DNA from: Myxococcota bacterium
GTDB taxonomy: Bacteria; Myxococcota_A; SURF-8; G963663525
Assembly: GCA_963676915.2 (NCBI GenBank)
Contig: CAXXVK010000057.1
Span: 1 to 64,000, forward strand
Direction of reading: 5' to 3'
Length of the DNA: 64,000 nucleotides
A program made the position numbers and the translations under genes. A model generated the notes under the pieces. That model was not told the DNA's origin. It worked only from the letters and a program-made list of their open reading frames with translations, and did not search any database. Below are positions 58,661-64,000 of the stretch, one piece after another (the stretch's first letter is position 1; each line of letters starts with the position of its first letter).

Positions 58661-59851
58661 ATGATTAAGCCTCATGGATCCGAAACTCTGAACCTGCTGT
58701 ACGTCGAGGATGATGCCAAACGCGCCGAGCTGGAAAAAGAAGCCGCCGGACTGCCTTCTATCGTCGTTTCCTCGCCCGCAGCCGCCAACGCCGTCATGAT
58801 GGGTAGTGGCTACTTCAACCCGCTGACCGGTTACATGAATGTCGCCGATGGTATGTCCTGCGCCGGTCGCATGACCACCCAGGACGGCCTGTTCTTCCCC
58901 GTGCCGGTGATGAACCTTGTCAACGACATTTCCGCGATCAAAGACGCCAAGCGCATCGCTCTGCTGGACCCGAACGTGGACGGAAACCCCGTGCTCGCCA
59001 TCCAGACCGTCGAAGCCATCGAAGAAGTCACCGACGCGCAGATGGCCTACATGACCGATAAAGTCTACCGCACCGACGACGAAGCCCACCCGGGCGTCAA
59101 AGCCTTCAACAGCCAGGGCAAATTCGCCGTTTCCGGTCCGATCGAAGTGCTGAACTACTCCTACTTCGCCACCGACTTCCCCGGCACCTTCAAAACCGCC
59201 AAGGAAATCCGCGATCAGATCGAAGCCAACGGCTGGAACAACATCTGTGCCTTCCAGACCCGTAACCCGATGCACCGCGCCCACGAAGAGCTGGTTCGTA
59301 TGTGCATGGATCGTTGCGAATGCGACGGTGCCGTGATTCACATGCTGCTCGGCAAACTGAAAGCCGGCGACATTCCCGCCGACGTGCGCGACGCCGCCAT
59401 CCGCAAGATGGTCGAACTGTACTTCCCGCCCAACAGCGTGGAAATCACCGGATACGGCTTCGACATGCTGTACGCCGGTCCCCGTGAAGCCGTGTTGCAC
59501 GCGCTGTTCCGCCAGAACATGGGCTGCACCTGGTTGATCGTCGGCCGCGACCACGCCGGTGTCGGCGACTACTACGGCCCCTTCGACGCCCAAGACATCT
59601 TCGATTACGAAGTGCCCGTCGGAGCGATGGAAATCAAGATTTTCAAGGCCGACCACACCGCGTACAGCCGTGAGCTGAACCAAGTGATCATGCTTCGCGA
59701 AGCCCCTGAAGGCCACAAGAAGGAAAGCTTTGTCTTCCTGTCCGGCACCAAGGTCCGCGAAATGCTGTCCAACGGCGAAGACCTGCCGGTCGAATTCGCC
59801 CGCCCCGAAGTGGCCAAGATCCTGGGTGAATACTACCAGTCGATCAAATAA
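58661..59851 (+). CDS. sat: Sulfate adenylyltransferase (ATP sulfurylase)
   Basis: AFQTRNPMHRAHE, YAGPREAVLHA, VGRDHAGVGDYY, LSGTKVREML; AGGAGA RBS before ATG 58661. Confidence 0.97.
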   Translation: MIKPHGSETLNLLYVEDDAKRAELEKEAAGLPSIVVSSPAAANAVMMGSGYFNPLTGYMNVADGMSCAGRMTTQDGLFFPVPVMNLVNDISAIKDAKRIALLDPNVDGNPVLAIQTVEAIEEVTDAQMAYMTDKVYRTDDEAHPGVKAFNSQGKFAVSGPIEVLNYSYFATDFPGTFKTAKEIRDQIEANGWNNICAFQTRNPMHRAHEELVRMCMDRCECDGAVIHMLLGKLKAGDIPADVRDAAIRKMVELYFPPNSVEITGYGFDMLYAGPREAVLHALFRQNMGCTWLIVGRDHAGVGDYYGPFDAQDIFDYEVPVGAMEIKIFKADHTAYSRELNQVIMLREAPEGHKKESFVFLSGTKVREMLSNGEDLPVEFARPEVAKILGEYYQSIK

Positions 59852-59876
59852 TTCCACTTCAGGAATTCAGTGAATG

Positions 59877-59907
59877 AACGGGACGTCGAAAGGCGTCCCG
59901 TTTTTTT
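59877..59907 (+). terminator. Intrinsic terminator after sat
   Basis: AACGGGACGTC-GAAA-GGCGTCCCGTT followed by a T-tract. Confidence 0.9.
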
Positions 59908-60145
59908 GTGGGAAGTTTTTACGAAATTTAGCCCGCATTATTCATGAAAATCGTAGCGAGACGCCGGAAATCGAAGATATTTCATGACGTTGGAGCGATT
60001 TTTACCCGCAGGCATACTGAACAGTCTGTCGAGGATGAAAATCGGGAAACAAGTGAAAGATCGAGGATTTTCAAGTCGTAGCAGATTCTTCATGAATTAT
60101 GCGGGTTAGGTGGTTGGGTATCGACCCGAAGGGTGCTTATGGATT

Positions 60146-60196
60146 TCGTTCGACCACGGGCAAGCGAACGTTTCACGTCGCTTCGCCCGTGTCCCC
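60146..60196. repeat. Partial copy of the 18863-18956 palindromic element
   Basis: TCGTTCGACCACGGGCAAGCGAACGTTTCACGTCGCTT versus 18902 TCGTTCGACCACGGGCAAGCGGACGTTTTACGTCGCTT. Confidence 0.8.
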
Positions 60197-60396
60197 CTTT
60201 GTTTTCAGGGGTTCCCATCGATAACGCCAAATCATAACGGCGAAACAAGAAATATCTCAAGATTTCGTGCTTTTTCAATTTCTGCCCATGAGGGGCGCTC
60301 TGGAACTTGACCCTCCTGCTTAAACGAGCTATATGCAGATTTCTCGGATTTTGTTTTTTATTTGGGGATTCGCTTCCATCCAAGAAAGGAACCGCC

Positions 60397-61341
60397 GTGA
60401 ATTTCCAGGATGTGATTTTGTCGTTGCAGAAATTCTGGAGTGAGCAAGGATGCCTGGTCGTCCAGCCTCACGATGTGGAAACCGGGGCCGGAACTTTTAA
60501 CCCGCATACCTTCCTTCGCTCTATCGGTCCCGAACCCTGGAAGGCTGCTTACGTCGAGCCGTCCCGCCGTCCCACCGACGGACGATACGGCGAAAATCCC
60601 AACCGGATGCGGCGTTTCTACCAGTTTCAGGTTTTGTTGAAACCCTCTCCACTACACGTTCAGGAACTGTATCTCGATTCCATGCGAGCATTGGGGCTGG
60701 ACCCGTTGCAGCACGATGTGCGTTTCGTCGAGGACGACTGGGAGTCTCCGACGCTGGGTGCTTGGGGATTGGGTTGGGAAGTCTGGATCGATGGTATGGA
60801 GATTTCTCAGTTTACCTATTTCCAGCAGGTTGGCGGGATGGACTTGCGGCCCGTCAGCGCCGAGTTGACCTACGGTCTCGAACGCATCGCCATGTATCTG
60901 CAAAACGTGGACAACGTATATGACCTGGTGTATTCGCCGGGCGTGACCTACGGCGACGTTCACCACCGGGATGAAATCGAGTGGAGCCGCTTCAATTTCG
61001 ATGCCCAGAACACTAAGTTGCAATTCGAACTGTTCGATCGCTACGAAAAAGAATGCGAACGGTTGCTGACGCAAGATCTCGTGCTCCCGGCCAACGATTT
61101 CGCTCTGAAAAGCTCCCATGCTTTCAATCTGCTCGACGCGGCCGGAGCCATCAGCGTAACCGAACGCCAGCACTATATCGCACGGGTAAGAAAACTTTCG
61201 CGGGGTTGCGCCGAAGGATGGGCGCTGTTGCGTCACAAGATGGGCTATCCGCTGATGGGCGAGCAACGCGACCCGGAAGTGCTGGAACACTGGGACCGCA
61301 TCGTGGCCCGTCTGGAGAAAAAACGCGCGAAACAAGGCTGA
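60397..61341 (+). CDS. glyQ: Glycine-tRNA ligase alpha subunit
   Basis: [51 protein letters not shown]; GTG start at 60397. Confidence 0.98.
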   Translation: MNFQDVILSLQKFWSEQGCLVVQPHDVETGAGTFNPHTFLRSIGPEPWKAAYVEPSRRPTDGRYGENPNRMRRFYQFQVLLKPSPLHVQELYLDSMRALGLDPLQHDVRFVEDDWESPTLGAWGLGWEVWIDGMEISQFTYFQQVGGMDLRPVSAELTYGLERIAMYLQNVDNVYDLVYSPGVTYGDVHHRDEIEWSRFNFDAQNTKLQFELFDRYEKECERLLTQDLVLPANDFALKSSHAFNLLDAAGAISVTERQHYIARVRKLSRGCAEGWALLRHKMGYPLMGEQRDPEVLEHWDRIVARLEKKRAKQG

Positions 61342-61374
61342 AACGCCTGAAAATACGAAAGAAAGGGGTGCGAC

Positions 61375-63438
61375 GTGCCCGAACTGATTTTCGAAATCGG
61401 CAGTGAGGAAATTCCCGCCGGGATGATCGGCCCGGCTTTAGACTTCATGGCGGACGAGATCCGAAAGAAACTCGGTGATGCCCACCTGGAATGCGGTGAG
61501 ATTACCACTTTCGGTACGCCGAGGCGGCTGGGATTCGTCCTGGACGGACTGGCGGCGGCGCAGGCCGACCGCGAAGAGACCGCCACCGGACCGAAAGTGC
61601 AATTCGCCTACGATTCCGAAGGCTTGCCGACAAAAGCCGCCCAGGGATTTGCTCGGGGACAGGGCGTTCCGGTAGAGGATCTGATCCGGGTGGAAACGCC
61701 GAAAGGCGAGTGCGTTGCTGCACAGAAAACGGTGAAAGGCAAACCGACCGGAGAGATTCTGGCCGAGATTCTGCCGCAGATGGTTCGACGCATTCCGTTT
61801 AGAAAATCCATGCGTTGGTCGGATCGCGCCGAAAGTTTTGTACGTCCCGTGCATTGGATCGTCGCCCTGTTCGATAAGCAGGTTGTGCCGTTCGAGTTTG
61901 CAGGCATCGCCTCGGGTCATCAGAGCCGTGGACATCGCTTTATGTGCCCGGAATCTTTCGATGTCGGGTCGGCCAAAGAATTTCTGGCGACTCTACCCGA
62001 AGTTCGCGTACTGCCCGATCCCGAGGAGCGTGTGAGACAAGTTACCGAAACCACGAAAGAATTGGCGAAAAAAGCCGGTGGAAAACCGGTGGTCGAAGAG
62101 GCATTGCTGCGGGAAATCGCCAACCTCGTGGAGTATCCGTTTGGACAGGTGGGATATTTCGACGAAGCGTTTACCGAGGTTCCAAAAGAAATCCTCATCG
62201 ATTCGATGACGAGTCACCAGCGTTACATTCCTATCGTTCGCGAGGATGGAAAGCTGCTGCCTTGCTTCGTGATGTTCAACAATACCGAAGTTGCCGACCC
62301 CGAGGTTTCCGTTGCAGGAAATCAACGGGTGCTGCGTGCCCGGTTGGCAGATGCCCGATATTTTTACGAAACCGACAGTAAAAAGAAGCTCGAAGATTTT
62401 TCCGGGGGACTGGCCAAGGTGACGTTCCAGGAAAAACTAGGGTCCATCGGCGACAAAATCGCCCGGATGCGTGGTTTGCTGGAATTTCTCGCTCCCCTGT
62501 GCGCCCCCGAAACTCTTGAAAACGCTTCGCGTGCCAACGAACTGTGCAAGGCCGATCTCAATACTTTGGTCGTCAACGAATTCCCGGACTTGCAAGGCAT
62601 CATGGGGCGGATTTATGCCACGAAAGACGGCGAGGCTGGGGAAGTCTGTCAGGCGATCGAGGAGCACTATCGGCCACGTTTCGCCCAGGACGAAATCCCC
62701 GAAACCACGGTGGGAGCGCTCGTGGCGATGGCGGACAAAATGGACACCATCTGCGGTTGTTTCGGTGTCGGCCTGATTCCTTCCGGTACGGCGGACCCCT
62801 ACGCCCTGCGTCGGGCCGCACTCGGCGTGCTGCGTATTCTGTCGGGCAAGGGTTGGAAGATCGATCTGCCCGAATTCATTCATGTTTCCGTAGAAAAGGT
62901 TGGTGAAAAACTCACCCGTCCGGCGGATGATGTCGAAACGGACGTCAAAGCCTTTTTCGAGATGCGTTTCAGAAATATGGTTTCCGCGCAATACCCGCAG
63001 GACATCGTGGACGGCGTTTGCTCGGCCCGTTTCGTCTCGCCGGTCAATGTTCTTCAACGAATTCAAGCTCTTGCAGATTTCCGGGGTCGCGAAGGTTTCG
63101 AGGATCTGGCGATGGCCTTCAAGCGCGTGATGAACATTCTCAAGGAAGATCCCGGTGTGGAAGTCGATCCCGGATTGTTCGATCAGGAAGCCGAGACTTT
63201 ATTGCACGATGCGGCAAAAGGAATCGCCGACCGTATAGAGGGTTGGGTGAACGAAGGAAAATTCCTGGACGTGCTCGAAGCTCTGGCGACGTTGAAAGCT
63301 CCGGTAGATCGGTTCTTCGACGACGTACTGGTCATGGACAAGGACGAAGCGAAAAAGAACAACCGCCTGGCGCTCTTGGGTTTCGTTGCCAAAATGCTCA
63401 ATACGATTGCAGATTTCCGCAAGCTCGGTACGGAATAG
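61375..63438 (+). CDS. glyS: Glycine-tRNA ligase beta subunit
   Basis: EIGSEEIP, TPRRL, KSMRW, FVRPVHW, EFPDLQGIMG, DPYALRR, NRLALL. Confidence 0.98.
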   Translation: MPELIFEIGSEEIPAGMIGPALDFMADEIRKKLGDAHLECGEITTFGTPRRLGFVLDGLAAAQADREETATGPKVQFAYDSEGLPTKAAQGFARGQGVPVEDLIRVETPKGECVAAQKTVKGKPTGEILAEILPQMVRRIPFRKSMRWSDRAESFVRPVHWIVALFDKQVVPFEFAGIASGHQSRGHRFMCPESFDVGSAKEFLATLPEVRVLPDPEERVRQVTETTKELAKKAGGKPVVEEALLREIANLVEYPFGQVGYFDEAFTEVPKEILIDSMTSHQRYIPIVREDGKLLPCFVMFNNTEVADPEVSVAGNQRVLRARLADARYFYETDSKKKLEDFSGGLAKVTFQEKLGSIGDKIARMRGLLEFLAPLCAPETLENASRANELCKADLNTLVVNEFPDLQGIMGRIYATKDGEAGEVCQAIEEHYRPRFAQDEIPETTVGALVAMADKMDTICGCFGVGLIPSGTADPYALRRAALGVLRILSGKGWKIDLPEFIHVSVEKVGEKLTRPADDVETDVKAFFEMRFRNMVSAQYPQDIVDGVCSARFVSPVNVLQRIQALADFRGREGFEDLAMAFKRVMNILKEDPGVEVDPGLFDQEAETLLHDAAKGIADRIEGWVNEGKFLDVLEALATLKAPVDRFFDDVLVMDKDEAKKNNRLALLGFVAKMLNTIADFRKLGTE

Positions 63439-63859
63439 GCGTTTTCAAGCAATCTCGGTTCGTCGATAGATCAAATTCACAATCTGGGAACCGCTTGAAA
63501 GAAAAGACGCCGTTTTTTTAAAAAAAGTTCATGCTTTTTCCCAAAGTGTGAAACCAAAAAGAGGGGAGAGGATTCACCGAATCCTCATGTGTAGTACGCG
63601 AAAATTCCTTGGAAATTCCAGGGGGCTGCGCTACACTCCTTCGACATTTATTTGCACGAACCTTTCATTTGGAAATGGTGTGTTTCGAAACGTTTCTACG
63701 GTGACCTGAAAAGGGGGAAAAGATCCGTGGAGATCACGGGCCGATTCTTCGGGTATCGTGACTCGACAAACGGACCGAGAACGAATTCACTCTGACATTT
63801 CATGATGAAAGATTCGAAAGGGTATACTCCCCACTGTTTCTGTTAGCGAGGAGAAGTCA

Positions 63860-64000
63860 TTGAATACGCAATGTTCTATCAGCCCGGACGGGCGAGAATT
63901 TCCGCTTCCCGGACCCGAAGATTACAAAGCGGAATGGGAACGATTACAGGGTATCGCCGCCCGCGAGCGGGAAGCCGGTAAAGAAATCGTTGTCGTGATG
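63860..64000 (+). CDS. N-terminus of a probable nucleotide-sugar dehydrogenase (truncated by window edge)
   Basis: GAGGAG RBS, TTG start, open frame ..SISPDGREFPLP..EIVVVM. This ends where a GxGxxG Rossmann motif would begin, but that motif lies outside the window. Confidence 0.55.
   Translation, partial: MNTQCSISPDGREFPLPGPEDYKAEWERLQGIAAREREAGKEIVVVM

Noticed and set aside
58553-59857. 434-aa ORF antisense to sat
   Set aside because: Shadow frame of a biased-codon gene.

Overview
A ~56-60% GC bacterial chromosomal window (composition judged by eye). The gene content looks Myxococcota/Deltaproteobacteria-like: MYXO-CTERM-like tails, Cys-rich lipoproteins, a kinase-FGE fusion and DUF1844. 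Housekeeping genes include recN (frameshifted, probably an assembly error), bcp, manB, tRNA-Phe, prfB with its programmed frameshift, queD, dnaK, sat and glyQS. They are interleaved with large secreted Cys-rich or multidomain proteins. Mobile DNA: a decayed island at tRNA-Phe (orphan Rhs toxin/immunity pair, IS630 remnant, truncated tyrosine integrase), an intact IS4 with a 9-bp target duplication, a ~200-bp MITE-like element, and several families of dispersed REP/REPIN palindromes. Most notable: (1) a single-domain TsaA/TrmO methyltransferase fused to a 263-aa HxH-repeat tail with ~105 His; (2) a B12 radical SAM gene coupled to a ~140-Cys modular lipoprotein with LNR-like repeats; (3) REP-bounded units carrying a conserved ~100-bp cargo, with a 35-bp REP-derived direct repeat bracketing the Rhs toxin cassette; (4) an orphan sat that resembles sulfur-oxidiser ATP sulfurylases. 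All family calls come from motif recognition by eye; no database searches were run.
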